Positions 45,133 through 55,393 are shown, counted from the stretch's first letter. The stretch is DNA of 64,000 nt from a virus (IMGVR_UViG_3300033074_000614:1-64000), one strand, 5' to 3'. The notes: generated by a model from the sequence alone, not told the origin. Made by a program: numbers and translations.

Positions 45133-45783
45133 ATGGCACGCTCAGCACACCAACGCCGTTACCTTCAGACCAACAGCCCGCAGACAGGCTTCGAGATTAC
45201 GGCGGGGCGCAAGGCCCTCAACGTCGGCTTTGAGATTACGGCTACCGGCATCCTGCAACTCAAGGGCGGAACATGGAGCGAACATCACGAGATGATCCCG
45301 CTCGATTCGTACCGTGGCATTGAGTTTGAACCCTTCGGCACTGGTGCTGATAACTCGACGTTCAACTATCGCATGTGGCTGGTCGTTGGTCACTTTGCCA
45401 GTGGCACCGCTCAGGAGTTCCCAAAGCTCAGCCAATTGCTCGATATTGAACTGCTTTGTTTTGTCGCAGACACCTCGACGGTAACGCTCTCCGCCGCGTT
45501 CGGCGTGGGTGCTGCCGGTTCTACCGACTCGCAGATCCTGACCACAGAACGCATCGGCGATGGCCTGACCTGCACGCTGGCGACGGACGCAACATCGCCC
45601 AAGGGACCGGCGACGGCCTTCCAGAACGCATACACGCTCGGCGATGTTACCGCGTACAGCCCGGCAGACGACACGCCTAGCCGGTTGATTGTCCCTGACT
45701 TCGGGTGCGCTCTCGGCGTGATTCCCGAAATGGACCTGACCGGCGCGACCGGCGCGAACTGGATGTTCAAGCTCAACAAGTAA
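45133..45783 (+). CDS. Conserved hypothetical protein X (module B)
   Basis: GAGGA RBS; paralog of 7412..8068. Confidence 0.8.
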   Translation: MARSAHQRRYLQTNSPQTGFEITAGRKALNVGFEITATGILQLKGGTWSEHHEMIPLDSYRGIEFEPFGTGADNSTFNYRMWLVVGHFASGTAQEFPKLSQLLDIELLCFVADTSTVTLSAAFGVGAAGSTDSQILTTERIGDGLTCTLATDATSPKGPATAFQNAYTLGDVTAYSPADDTPSRLIVPDFGCALGVIPEMDLTGATGANWMFKLNK

Positions 45784-45791
45784 GGGGAGCG

Positions 45792-45974
45792 ATGGAAGTA
45801 GACTCGACCAAACTGCCGACGCCAGAATCAGACCACCCAACTCTGTACGAGAAGTACGAGGTTCGCAATTCAGACGAACAGGTCTTGTTCGGCCCCGGTC
45901 CATTGTGGGCCGCGTTTATCTATCTCAAATTGGAAACATCGCAGACCCGTCGCAGACTGGTGAGTGTCAAATGA
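45792..45974 (+). CDS. Small hypothetical protein (module B only)
   Basis: GGGGAG RBS; coupled to the next gene. Confidence 0.55.
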   Translation: MEVDSTKLPTPESDHPTLYEKYEVRNSDEQVLFGPGPLWAAFIYLKLETSQTRRRLVSVK

Positions 45975-46294
45975 ACGCCGCCGAAATATCCATCCAGCTC
46001 ACGATCATCGAAGAGAACGCACGCGCGGCACGCTTGGCGATTGCGCAGGCGATGGTGCTACGTCCGCACATCAAGGGCGACGGCAATACAAAGCCAATCC
46101 TCGACGCGAATGGACAGGTGGCGAACACTGAGCAGCTTCAAATCGAAGCCGCTTACAAGCACCACAATACAGCGTCAATGGGGCACACCAACTCACTCAT
46201 CAACCAAGCCGCGCACCTCCAACAGACCATCGAGGCGTCGAACAAGCCCGCAGAACCTGAGACGAAGCTCAAGTTGGCTGGAGAGGCGGGGTGA
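45971..46294 (+). CDS. Hypothetical protein Y (module B)
   Basis: Paralog of 8069..8341. Confidence 0.7.
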   Translation: MNAAEISIQLTIIEENARAARLAIAQAMVLRPHIKGDGNTKPILDANGQVANTEQLQIEAAYKHHNTASMGHTNSLINQAAHLQQTIEASNKPAEPETKLKLAGEAG

Positions 46295-46783
46295 TTGACA
46301 GGAAGGCCCTCAAACTTCGATCCCGCGAAATGTGCGAAGATCATCGAGTACGTCCTCGCCGGTAATCCACTCAAGGTAGCGGCTCAAGCTGTCGGCGTTC
46401 CTAAAGCAACGATGAACTTCTGGCGGAAGTTGGGCCGCGATTATTTGGACGCGGTAGACACAGGAAAGACACCCAACCCCGCGCATGAGCAACACGCAGA
46501 GTTCTACCTTGCCGTCGATCAAGCCAAGGGTGAACAGGTCGTCAATCTCAACGCCAAACTGAACGACAATGAAACGCGGAACATCAACGCCCATATGTGG
46601 AGAATGCAGGTATTGCGGCCAGACATTTACGGCGACAAGACTGGGCGGAATCCGCTGAACGATCGCATTGCCGAAGCTAATCGGATGCGCGAAGCACGCG
46701 AGGCGGCGACGTACAACCCACAACTAGGCAGCGACCTTGACGCGATGGCTGAACGCATGAGCGGAAGTTTGGGTGAACCTTGA
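46295..46783 (+). CDS. Terminase small subunit, HTH type (module B)
   Basis: GRPSNFD...IIEYVLAG...AAQAVGV..T...W...G pattern; overlaps terL. Confidence 0.75.
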   Translation: MTGRPSNFDPAKCAKIIEYVLAGNPLKVAAQAVGVPKATMNFWRKLGRDYLDAVDTGKTPNPAHEQHAEFYLAVDQAKGEQVVNLNAKLNDNETRNINAHMWRMQVLRPDIYGDKTGRNPLNDRIAEANRMREAREAATYNPQLGSDLDAMAERMSGSLGEP

Positions 46784-48255
46784 CAACCACCCTTCCCAGA
46801 CTATCTCGCTCCCAAATGCTCAAGATAGTTTCCGCGCGGATGCCCCACACCCTTGCCGAACATTCGACGCAGGGCGAGTGGAAGCCATACGACTATCTCC
46901 GCATGATGGGCAGGCTCATCGCTCAGACTGTCCGCAACGGCGGCGGTAATCTGATCTTCAACGCCCCGCCCGGACACGGTAAGTCGTTCTTCCTTGCTCG
47001 TCAGGTTCCGACTTGGTACCTCGAAAACTTCCCGCAGAATCGAGTCATCAACGCCGCACACGGCCACAGCCTCGCGTGCGATCATGGCCGGTATGTCCGC
47101 AACACCTTCGCGGGCAATGAGTACTTCACCACCAAGCTCAGGCAGGATTCCAAGGCGGCAGACCGTTGGCACACCGAGGAAGGCGGTGGGATGCAGTGCG
47201 CGGGCATCGGCTCGAACATCATGGGATGGCGCGGGCACTTGCTATTGCTCGACGATCCCTATGGCAGTTGGGCGGACGCTCATTCAACGACTCAGCGGCG
47301 AACCGTTCTCGACTGGTTTATCAACACGTTTCTATCACGCCGCGAACCGGGGGCGACCACCGTTGTACTCATGCAGCGGATGCACGTTGAAGACCTGACG
47401 GGCGTGCTGATGAAAGAGCAGCCCGACCAGTGGAAACAGCTTTCGTTCCCGGCGATTGCCGAACAGGACGACCCGCTTGGACGACAGGAAGGCGAGCCAC
47501 TTTGCCCAGACCGCTTCGACGTTCCCGCGCTGCAGGCGATTCGTCGCAGTCAGATCGGCGGGGATTTCGGCTGGCTTGCGATGTACCAGCAGCGCCCGCA
47601 GAGTATCGGCACCGGCATCGCCTACCGCAGATTCTCTCCCCTTCACGTTGAAGACGACGTTGTGTTTGACCCGCGCAGGCCGCTACAGATTTCATTCGAC
47701 TTCAATATCAAGCCCGGCATGTACGCAATGTGCGGGCAATACAACCCGCTCACAGATCAATTTACGGTGGTGAAGGAAATCCACGGCGAGGGAATGGACC
47801 TCATCGCGTGTATGAACGCATTGACACCGATTATCACGCTTCACCCTTGGCCGGAAATACATATCTTCGGCGACCCAACAGGCGGAACCGTTCGCAACAC
47901 TCAGAACAGCCATTACAACTTCGACCTAGTTCTCAATCACTTCAAGCGGATTCCCGACCTTCGTGTAGTTCCGACACTAAAGACAACCAAAGCCCCGCCC
48001 CGCGTGCTTGATCGCGTGGCAACCGTAAACGACGCGCTCGCAGACCTTGGCGGCGTGCACCATGTTCGCATTCACTCAAAGTGCGAAATACTCACCAAAG
48101 ACCTTTCAGAACTCAGGCTTGACGACGACGGGCAACCGGACAAGGCGGACAAGACCATGACCCACGCATCGGATGCAATGGGTTACTGGGTTCACTACCA
48201 ACGCCCAATCGGTGGGCCAGTCATTCAAACACGCTCGGCGTTCGTCATCGGATAA
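46780..48255 (+). CDS. terL: Terminase large subunit (module B)
   Basis: PPGHGKS, LLLLDDP, QRMH, FDFN, HASDAMGY; collinear with the A copy (about 55-60% identity by eye). Confidence 0.95.
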   Translation: MTTTLPRLSRSQMLKIVSARMPHTLAEHSTQGEWKPYDYLRMMGRLIAQTVRNGGGNLIFNAPPGHGKSFFLARQVPTWYLENFPQNRVINAAHGHSLACDHGRYVRNTFAGNEYFTTKLRQDSKAADRWHTEEGGGMQCAGIGSNIMGWRGHLLLLDDPYGSWADAHSTTQRRTVLDWFINTFLSRREPGATTVVLMQRMHVEDLTGVLMKEQPDQWKQLSFPAIAEQDDPLGRQEGEPLCPDRFDVPALQAIRRSQIGGDFGWLAMYQQRPQSIGTGIAYRRFSPLHVEDDVVFDPRRPLQISFDFNIKPGMYAMCGQYNPLTDQFTVVKEIHGEGMDLIACMNALTPIITLHPWPEIHIFGDPTGGTVRNTQNSHYNFDLVLNHFKRIPDLRVVPTLKTTKAPPRVLDRVATVNDALADLGGVHHVRIHSKCEILTKDLSELRLDDDGQPDKADKTMTHASDAMGYWVHYQRPIGGPVIQTRSAFVIG

Positions 48256-48264
48256 GGAACACCA

Positions 48265-49635
48265 ATGGGACTCATTGACACAATCAAGAACCTACTCGGA
48301 ACCGCAAGCACTACCACGATCTACGGGAGTTCCGCACAGGTCGGCAGCGGCTATGAGCGATACGAGAACACCATCGGATCGTTCGACGACTACCGCGAGA
48401 TGCGAAAGAGTCCGACACTGGCGATGGCGCGGGCAATTGCCAATAGCGCGATCCGCTCGGCAGAGTGGATAGTCGAGGCCGACGACGACGCGGTTGCTGG
48501 CGCGAAGGAAGCGGTGGACAGTTTCACGAACAATCTGCGCCCTCACCTGATCGACCTGTACCAGTACGCACTCGACTACGGGTTCCAAGCGGCACGCACC
48601 CCGTGGACGATGGATGAAAATGGGCAAATGGTCGTCGAGCGAGTCAAGTCGATCAAGCCCGAAGATGTGAAGCAAATTGAAATCTTCGAGAACAGCGGCA
48701 AGATTGCCAGTGTGAAGCTCGACAAGAACGAGAAGATCGAGGCCGAAAACGTTCTGGTGTTGACCTACGACGGTGAGGGCGGCGACCCGTTTGGCCGCAG
48801 TCGCTTCGAGAACATCCGCACCTATGCGTTTATCCCTTGGCGCGACTGGATCAAGAAGATGGGCCAGTACGCGAACAAGGCGGCGGGCGTGATTCCGATT
48901 ATCACGTTTCCCCCCGGCACTTCGATTGACGAGAATGGGCAGGTGATTAACAACAGCGTGGTAGCCCGCAAGCTGCTCGACAACCTGCCGCTTGGTAAGG
49001 GCGTGGCGATCCCGATTGAACTGGTCCCGTTCGCTCAGGAAATGATGAAGATGGGCATGAAGTACGAAGACCTTATGGCGTGGAAGATCACGATTCTCGA
49101 CGCCAAGAGCGGGTTCGGCGGCGAGGCTCTTTCCACCGTCCAGCACTTCGAGGCGCTGCAGATGCGCGGGTTCTTGCTGCCAGAACGCACCGCACTTGAG
49201 GGGACGACTGGCACCAAGGCCGAGGCGGGCGAACACGCCGACATAATGATCGCAACGGCGGAAGAGAACTCCGAGGACTTCGTACGCCAGATCAGCGACC
49301 AGCTTGTGCAGCGGTTTGTTGTCTACAACTTCGGCGAGTCGCAGCGTACCAAGATCAGGCTCAAGGCCGCACCGATCAACGATGAAGCCCGCGCGATCAT
49401 CAAAGAAATCCTTGTGCCGTATCTCGCCGCGAACTCCGATGTTCTGGAAACGGCGGCGGATGTCAATGACATGATGGACCGGCTCGGCATCCCGAAGAAG
49501 GTTGAGGTTGTGGACGTTTCGCAGGGCGCGCCGACTGAACCGACCGCGCCAATTGAACCCACACCGACCACCAAACTCTCTCGCGTCGGGCGCGGCATTG
49601 TGGACTTCCTCAAGCGGACGGAGGCGACGGTATGA
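48265..49635 (+). CDS. Portal protein, DUF935-like (module B)
   Basis: ALDYGFQ, DPFGRSRFENIR, LPLGKG; collinear with A. Confidence 0.85.
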   Translation: MGLIDTIKNLLGTASTTTIYGSSAQVGSGYERYENTIGSFDDYREMRKSPTLAMARAIANSAIRSAEWIVEADDDAVAGAKEAVDSFTNNLRPHLIDLYQYALDYGFQAARTPWTMDENGQMVVERVKSIKPEDVKQIEIFENSGKIASVKLDKNEKIEAENVLVLTYDGEGGDPFGRSRFENIRTYAFIPWRDWIKKMGQYANKAAGVIPIITFPPGTSIDENGQVINNSVVARKLLDNLPLGKGVAIPIELVPFAQEMMKMGMKYEDLMAWKITILDAKSGFGGEALSTVQHFEALQMRGFLLPERTALEGTTGTKAEAGEHADIMIATAEENSEDFVRQISDQLVQRFVVYNFGESQRTKIRLKAAPINDEARAIIKEILVPYLAANSDVLETAADVNDMMDRLGIPKKVEVVDVSQGAPTEPTAPIEPTPTTKLSRVGRGIVDFLKRTEATV

Positions 49636-49910
49636 CAGATAGCAGACACTGCAAACGATGCTCGCCCGATTCAAACGTACAGCAGCAATTGTGCGGCAAG
49701 TGCGAGGCTGATGATCGTAATGCCCAAATGATCGCGGGGGCTTCAAGCCCGATCGGGTTGCGTGATTACTTCGCGGCGCATGCCACCGAAGAGGACTGTA
49801 AATACGCGGCTCAGATTTGGATGGAACAAAACAACGCTGAAACGTGCCAGCGACAGGTGGCGAGGTTCGCGCACGCCGACGCCATGCTTGAAGCTAGAAA
49901 ACTTACATGA
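49632..49910 (+). CDS. Inserted small protein with LRDYFAA...ADAMLEAR motif (module B only)
   Basis: Common phage motif; N-terminal CxxC...CxxC; coupled between portal and MuF. Confidence 0.7.
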   Translation: MTDSRHCKRCSPDSNVQQQLCGKCEADDRNAQMIAGASSPIGLRDYFAAHATEEDCKYAAQIWMEQNNAETCQRQVARFAHADAMLEARKLT

Positions 49911-50812
49911 CCACCCGCGCCGCCCAAATCGCCGAACAGGTTGCAGTCTACGAACTCGACCGTGAGCAAGTGGTCGCTATCAGCGCGCGTGAATCCCGCC
50001 CAGTTCTCCGCAAACTTCGCACCAGCCTAATCACCGCGTTCAAGCAAGGCGGCGGATCGGCTCAGGCGTTTAAGACGGCGCAGAAGCAAATCGCGGTACT
50101 CGTGCGCGACGGGATGCTGGCGAGTCACGTAGCGGCCACAGCACAGACCTACGAGATGATCCGCAAGATTCGCGGGATCAAGCTGGACCGATCACCCTAC
50201 TCATCCATGCTCGACAATCTGCAACGGGCCGCAAACTTGAGCGGGCCGGACCTCGACGCGCTCAGGGCGAGGTACGAGGTTGTTGCGAAAGAGTCGAGCG
50301 AAGAGGCGATCAAAGCCGCGCAGGAAATCATGGGCGCGAAGGCGCGCGAGATTGCGGCCAGTGGCATCGGCACTAAGGACGGGGTGCGCGTTCTACGCGA
50401 GGCTATGGACTCGGCAGGATTGGGCGTGCAGAAGTCGCACTTGCTCGAAACGGTTTACCGCACGGAGTTTCAGACCGCGTATTCGGGCGCGCGGTTGCAG
50501 GCCGACGAAGACCCTGCGATTCAGGAAATTTTGTGGGGCTACGAATATGTCACGGTTGGCGATGATCGGGTGAGGCCGACGCACGCGGCATTGGACGGGA
50601 CTCGATTCGAGAAGGACGATCCGCAGTGGCAGAAGCTTGCGCCGCCCAATGGATGGGGTTGTCGCTGTTCGTTCGTCAAGATATTCAAAGACGACACCGC
50701 ACTGGCATCGCCAAACCCACCGCCAAAGTTCGTGAACGATGGCGGCGTGAAAGTCCGCGTTGCGCCCGATGAAGGATTTGACTTCTTCCCCGCCGACATC
50801 GCCCGTTTGTAA
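49907..50812 (+). CDS. MuF-like head morphogenesis protein (module B)
   Basis: LLETVYRTE...YVTVGDDRVRPTHAALDG...PPNGWGCRC. Confidence 0.92.
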   Translation: MTTRAAQIAEQVAVYELDREQVVAISARESRPVLRKLRTSLITAFKQGGGSAQAFKTAQKQIAVLVRDGMLASHVAATAQTYEMIRKIRGIKLDRSPYSSMLDNLQRAANLSGPDLDALRARYEVVAKESSEEAIKAAQEIMGAKAREIAASGIGTKDGVRVLREAMDSAGLGVQKSHLLETVYRTEFQTAYSGARLQADEDPAIQEILWGYEYVTVGDDRVRPTHAALDGTRFEKDDPQWQKLAPPNGWGCRCSFVKIFKDDTALASPNPPPKFVNDGGVKVRVAPDEGFDFFPADIARL

Positions 50813-50830
50813 GTGTTCACAGATCGGTTG

Positions 50831-50859
50831 TTGACTGTTTCCACGCCACGTTCTATATC
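50831..50859 (+). promoter_or_regulatory. Possible promoter before protease B
   Basis: TTGACT-17 bp-TATATC, but only 3 nt from the GTG start, so geometry is doubtful. Confidence 0.35.
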
Positions 50860-50862
50860 GGC

Positions 50863-51927
50863 GTGAAGGTAAACGCAAATCTTCCGCTCGTGTTTTCTGC
50901 CGCTCCCGCAGTGGCCGTTGGTGAACCACGCGAAGAGAACGGCCAGCCCGTTCGCACCTTCAAGAAAGAAATCGTGCAGGCTGGTAAGTGGCGGCACCCC
51001 GCAGACGGTCAGCTTATCGACATTCCGCAGGCACGGCTCTCGCACTGGAACAGCCAGTTCCAAGCGATGAAGGCCAACGGGATGAAGGTGTACGTCCCCG
51101 AAGATCACACCCGCAACCCGGACGCTAATCGCGGATGGGTTACTGACATGGAAGTCGTTGGCGACAAGCTCGTGGCGACTATGGACCTGATCGGAGAGGA
51201 CGCGATCAAGCTCGCAAGCCGTATCGACGTTTCAATCCAAGCGCGCGATCTTGTGGACGGCAAGGGCAACAGATACCCCGACGCGATCGAACACACCGCG
51301 CTAGTCGCAGACCCGGTTATCACCGGACTCAACAAATTCGTCATTCAGCTTTCAAGGGCCAAGACCCTCGGACTTTCAATCGGAGGCAGTTCAATGGAAT
51401 CACTCAAGAAGATCGCGGCATCCCTCGGTATCGAAGCCGGTGAAATGGACGAGGCCGCACTAGAAGCCGCGATTCTCGCCGCTTGTGGCAAGCTCAGGGC
51501 GGGAAACGAGGAGGCCGCGACTTCACTGTCTGCCGCTCAATCCGAACTCGCCACCCTGAGACTTTCAGCCAAGCCTGTCGATGTCGATCCTGACCTGCTC
51601 GAACACGCGGCGGGGAATATTTCCTCGCAGCTTGAAGTCCTCACCATGTCACGCCAGATCACGCCCGCGTTCCGCGACAAGGCGAAGGTCGTTCTCTGTG
51701 GCGCGGATGCCACCAAACGCCCCATCGTAATGCTCAGCCGCAAGGCCGCAACCGCTGCCGGGTTCTCCGGCGCACTCGCTCAGCCGTTCATCGACCTGCT
51801 CAAAGAACTTCCTAAGCCCGAAGGCGATGGCACAACCACCACGCTCTCACGCGAGGGCGGACCCAAAGAAGGCGAAGTTGACCAGAAGCAAATCGACGCG
51901 GTTATTGAAAAGCACGTCGGACGCTGA
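50863..51927 (+). CDS. Prohead protease/scaffold (module B)
   Basis: Paralog of 14349; internal GGAGG plus ATG at 51394. Confidence 0.85.
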   Translation: MKVNANLPLVFSAAPAVAVGEPREENGQPVRTFKKEIVQAGKWRHPADGQLIDIPQARLSHWNSQFQAMKANGMKVYVPEDHTRNPDANRGWVTDMEVVGDKLVATMDLIGEDAIKLASRIDVSIQARDLVDGKGNRYPDAIEHTALVADPVITGLNKFVIQLSRAKTLGLSIGGSSMESLKKIAASLGIEAGEMDEAALEAAILAACGKLRAGNEEAATSLSAAQSELATLRLSAKPVDVDPDLLEHAAGNISSQLEVLTMSRQITPAFRDKAKVVLCGADATKRPIVMLSRKAATAAGFSGALAQPFIDLLKELPKPEGDGTTTTLSREGGPKEGEVDQKQIDAVIEKHVGR

Positions 51928-51961
51928 TTCACCCACACGCACACCTCTCGGAGTTTGAAAA

Positions 51962-53005
51962 ATGATCAATCTTGCACCAGGTACCCCCGGCATCTCAAGT
52001 CAGTACACCGCAGGCTTCCGCAGCGTGTGGGGTTCTGCCAATGACAAGCAGTACAAGCCGGGGATGCACACCATCAACGGCTCGCTTTCACGCGACAACA
52101 CAAACACCGGCAACCTCGACTTCCTCCAAGCTGGTCTGCTCATGGGCAAGATCACTTCCACCGGCAAGTATGCCACCTCGATTCTCGGTCTGACCGGCAC
52201 CGCATACGCATCGGGTACAACCCTGAACGTTGCGGCCTCTACCGCTGTCGAAATCGCACGCCGCATCGGAACCTCTGGCACATTCAAAGTCACAGGCCCA
52301 CCGTCCGCCGCTGGCACCGTTCGCACCGCGACCGTGACGTTCTCGGCGGTCAACACCTCCACCGGCGACGTGACTATTACCGCGCTTGGTGCCGATCAGG
52401 TTGAACGCATCCGATTCAACATCGCCTCGACTGGCGGCAACTTGCAGTTGAACGTTGCCAAGCCCGACGGAACTCGCGTTACCACGGCCAACGCCGCTTG
52501 GAACGCGACGGACGCGACTTACCTTGCCTCGATCAACTCCGCACTCGACACCGCAACTGGTGTCACTGGCGGCATCGTTGCAACTGCTATCTCTGCAACA
52601 GACACCGATCTTGGCATCACGCTCACCTACAGCGGCACCGGCTACGCGGGCCTGACACACGCTCGCGCGGAAGTGGTGGTTATCCCCACCTCCTCGACCG
52701 AAGCACTCTACGAGCCTGTCACAACCGCCGTGGCCCGCGCCCTTGTGGCCGGTTCACTGGTTCGCCCCACCGATGGCAGCGAAACCGCTCTCACCTTCAT
52801 TGACGAAGGCGATCCAATCAAGGTCACTGACGCATTCGGCACCAGCATGGATGTGGACTTTGGCCCGCTCCCGATCGGCGGAATTGTGCTTGCAACCAAC
52901 CTCATCAACTGGCCCGCAGATACGTCCACCCGCGCCGCGCTTCAGGCTGAACTCAACAGCACCAGCGGCGGTCGCTTCTCGTTTGTTGATCGTTACAACG
53001 CCTAA
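51962..53005 (+). CDS. Head decoration protein (module B)
   Basis: 347 aa like the A copy; about 80% identity by eye. Confidence 0.75.
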   Translation: MINLAPGTPGISSQYTAGFRSVWGSANDKQYKPGMHTINGSLSRDNTNTGNLDFLQAGLLMGKITSTGKYATSILGLTGTAYASGTTLNVAASTAVEIARRIGTSGTFKVTGPPSAAGTVRTATVTFSAVNTSTGDVTITALGADQVERIRFNIASTGGNLQLNVAKPDGTRVTTANAAWNATDATYLASINSALDTATGVTGGIVATAISATDTDLGITLTYSGTGYAGLTHARAEVVVIPTSSTEALYEPVTTAVARALVAGSLVRPTDGSETALTFIDEGDPIKVTDAFGTSMDVDFGPLPIGGIVLATNLINWPADTSTRAALQAELNSTSGGRFSFVDRYNA

Positions 53006-53053
53006 TCGAAACGCACATAAGCGGCGAAGGCCGCGACACCCGGAGTCTTGCAC

Positions 53054-54139
53054 ATGACAGTCAATTACAACACGCTGATCGGCACACCCAAGCTGATGGC
53101 ATCCATCAACAGTCCCGCGATTGGACTGCCCAAGGCATTCAACCCCGCGTTCTACACGCTTCGTACAGACTCCGACGACCAGACCTTCAAATGGGAACAA
53201 ACGCCCATTACGCAGACCACCGCCGCAGCCGTTTCGTTCGGCTCGCCCGCGATCCCCGCACCAAAGACGAACCTGAATGAGCGCGATGGTCGCTGCATTC
53301 ACTTGTTCGAGTCGATCACACACAACGGCCAGACCCTTCTCGACCTTCAAAGCGACAACCAAGAGACTCGCACCCGCGCGTCGGACGACTTCGTTCGTCA
53401 GGCTGCAAACTTCGGTATGCGGTTCGACAACACTGAAATCGCATCGCTGGCCTCCGCTCTTTCACAGGGCATCATCTACCTCGGCAGCAACGGTCAGATT
53501 CAGCTTACATCATCCGGCGCGGCTCGCACAATCGACCTCGGCGTTCCCGCCGCGAACAAGAACCAGTGCGGCGGCAAGATCACCGCATCATGGGCAACAG
53601 CCGGAACCGACGTCCTCGGCAATATCTACGCGATTCTCAAGGCGATGGCACAGGCCGGTCGTCCTTGCGAGAAGATCATGTACGGCTCAGACGTGCCCGG
53701 CTACCTCCGTGGCAACACCGCGATCAGCGGCATGATGAGCAAGAGTTCATTCCTTGCTGATCAGCTTGCACAAGGCCGGTTGCCCAACGGGTTCGGCGAT
53801 CCTTCAAATCAGGTAGTTTGGGAACCGATCTGGAACTCATTCTTTGTTGACTCAGGCGGCACAACCCGCGAGTTCTTCGGCGGCGATGCAGTTCTCTTCC
53901 TGCCCAAAGTCGATCGCACTTGGTACACGATGGTTGACGGTGCGGCGGTCATTCCTTCCAAGGTTGGCATCGCATCGAATCCAGCAGAGGCCGCAAGCAG
54001 CTTGCAGAAGGTTCGCGGTAAGTTCAGCTATGCACGCATCAACGACAATCCTGTGAGCGTGGACCAGTTCTGCGGCCACTCGTTCCTTCCTGTGTTCCTT
54101 GATCCCTCAGCGTTCTACATCGCTGACGTTGTTCCTTAA
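53054..54139 (+). CDS. Major capsid protein (module B)
   Basis: 361 aa, gap-free alignment to the A capsid, about 75% identity by eye. Confidence 0.85.
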   Translation: MTVNYNTLIGTPKLMASINSPAIGLPKAFNPAFYTLRTDSDDQTFKWEQTPITQTTAAAVSFGSPAIPAPKTNLNERDGRCIHLFESITHNGQTLLDLQSDNQETRTRASDDFVRQAANFGMRFDNTEIASLASALSQGIIYLGSNGQIQLTSSGAARTIDLGVPAANKNQCGGKITASWATAGTDVLGNIYAILKAMAQAGRPCEKIMYGSDVPGYLRGNTAISGMMSKSSFLADQLAQGRLPNGFGDPSNQVVWEPIWNSFFVDSGGTTREFFGGDAVLFLPKVDRTWYTMVDGAAVIPSKVGIASNPAEAASSLQKVRGKFSYARINDNPVSVDQFCGHSFLPVFLDPSAFYIADVVP

Positions 54140-54175
54140 TTCAAATTCTCCCGGCTAGGGCCGGAAACTACTCCG

Positions 54176-54212
54176 TGCCCCGCTGGACCACTCGGCGGGG
54201 TACTTGTTTTTT
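54176..54212 (+). terminator. Rho-independent terminator after capsid gene B
   Basis: TGCCCCGCTG...CGGCGGGGTA then CTTGTTTTTT. Confidence 0.7.
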
Positions 54213-54644
54213 ATGGGCACATACGCGAGCCAATCCGACCTCACGACACGCTTCGGCACGACGAACATCGGTAAGTGGAGTCAGACCGACCCCACTACTG
54301 ATAGTGACACTATCGACACGGCGGCGGTTGCAGAGGCTATCGCGGATGCAGAGGCACGCATCAACGACCGCATGAGGCCGTCAAGGTATCAGTTGCCGCT
54401 CACGGCGAACAGTTCCGGCGCGCTGCAGGCGGTCAAGCGTTGGACCTGCAACTACGCGGCGGCGTGGCTCTACCAGTCTCGCCCCGCTGGTATCACCACT
54501 GATACGGCTTCGATGATCGAATCGCTCGAACTCAAGACCAACGACGAAATTGACGCGGTAGTTTCCGGCAGCACGCACCTTGACTGCCCGCTCAAAACTG
54601 GCGGCTATGGGTATACGGCGACATCGCCAACGGTGGTTATGTGA
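54213..54644 (+). CDS. Head-tail connector, DUF1320-like (module B)
   Basis: MGTYASQSDL...AIADAEARINDR...RYQLPL. Confidence 0.8.
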   Translation: MGTYASQSDLTTRFGTTNIGKWSQTDPTTDSDTIDTAAVAEAIADAEARINDRMRPSRYQLPLTANSSGALQAVKRWTCNYAAAWLYQSRPAGITTDTASMIESLELKTNDEIDAVVSGSTHLDCPLKTGGYGYTATSPTVVM

Positions 54645-55393
54645 ACACAACCGTAACCGTGGACATATCGAAAGCCTTGCGAGTCCCGCAGGGGTTGAAG
54701 GCGGCGGTTGAGGCGCAGCTCGACAATAACGGGCCGGGTCCATTCACTGACATGAAAACCCAGTGGGTCCACATCTACCAGAACGCGGCACTTCGGCACT
54801 TTGACCGGGCGTCGCGCGGCGGGTCAGACTGGGCACCGTTGACACTCGCCACGATTCTCAGCCGTAAGGCGGCGAAGGGGCCGGGTACGCGCGGACAGCA
54901 GCGGGCGGCGGCTAGGAGCCAACTTCGCGGCGTACGCGATATGAAGGCGGCACGGGCGTCGGGCGCAACGCTCAGCATCCGCAACCGTCAGCAGGTCAAG
55001 AACAACATCAAGGCGGCGTTGCACAACGAACGCAGCGCGGCAAAGCGCACCACGCTCAAGAACAAGATCGCGGCACTCAGCGGACACGCAGGCGTTGTCA
55101 TCCTCAAAGACACCGGCGCACTTCGCAACGCGCTTGTCATCGGGCAGGCGGGATCGGTCATTACTCGCGGGCGGGCGTCGATCACGTTTGGGTTCGCACC
55201 CGTCCCACACGTTGGCGGCAGCGCGACACTCGCGGAAATCGCGGGCTGGCACAACACCGGCGCGGGCCACAATCCAAAACGCACGATCTTGATTGCCCCC
55301 GATGCCTCGACCGTTCGCCAGATGGTGGCGGCTACGCAGGCCGCGACCGACAAGGTTATTGCGAACATCCGCAGACAGAACGGGGGTAGCTAA
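54641..55393 (+). CDS. Virion morphogenesis protein (module B)
   Basis: DWAPLTLATI...ILKDTGAL...IAGWHNTG. Confidence 0.8.
   Translation: MNTTVTVDISKALRVPQGLKAAVEAQLDNNGPGPFTDMKTQWVHIYQNAALRHFDRASRGGSDWAPLTLATILSRKAAKGPGTRGQQRAAARSQLRGVRDMKAARASGATLSIRNRQQVKNNIKAALHNERSAAKRTTLKNKIAALSGHAGVVILKDTGALRNALVIGQAGSVITRGRASITFGFAPVPHVGGSATLAEIAGWHNTGAGHNPKRTILIAPDASTVRQMVAATQAATDKVIANIRRQNGGS

Noticed and set aside
26246-45974. GPLWAA shared between 26246..26521 and 45792..45974
   Set aside because: Six-residue match only; insufficient to claim homology.
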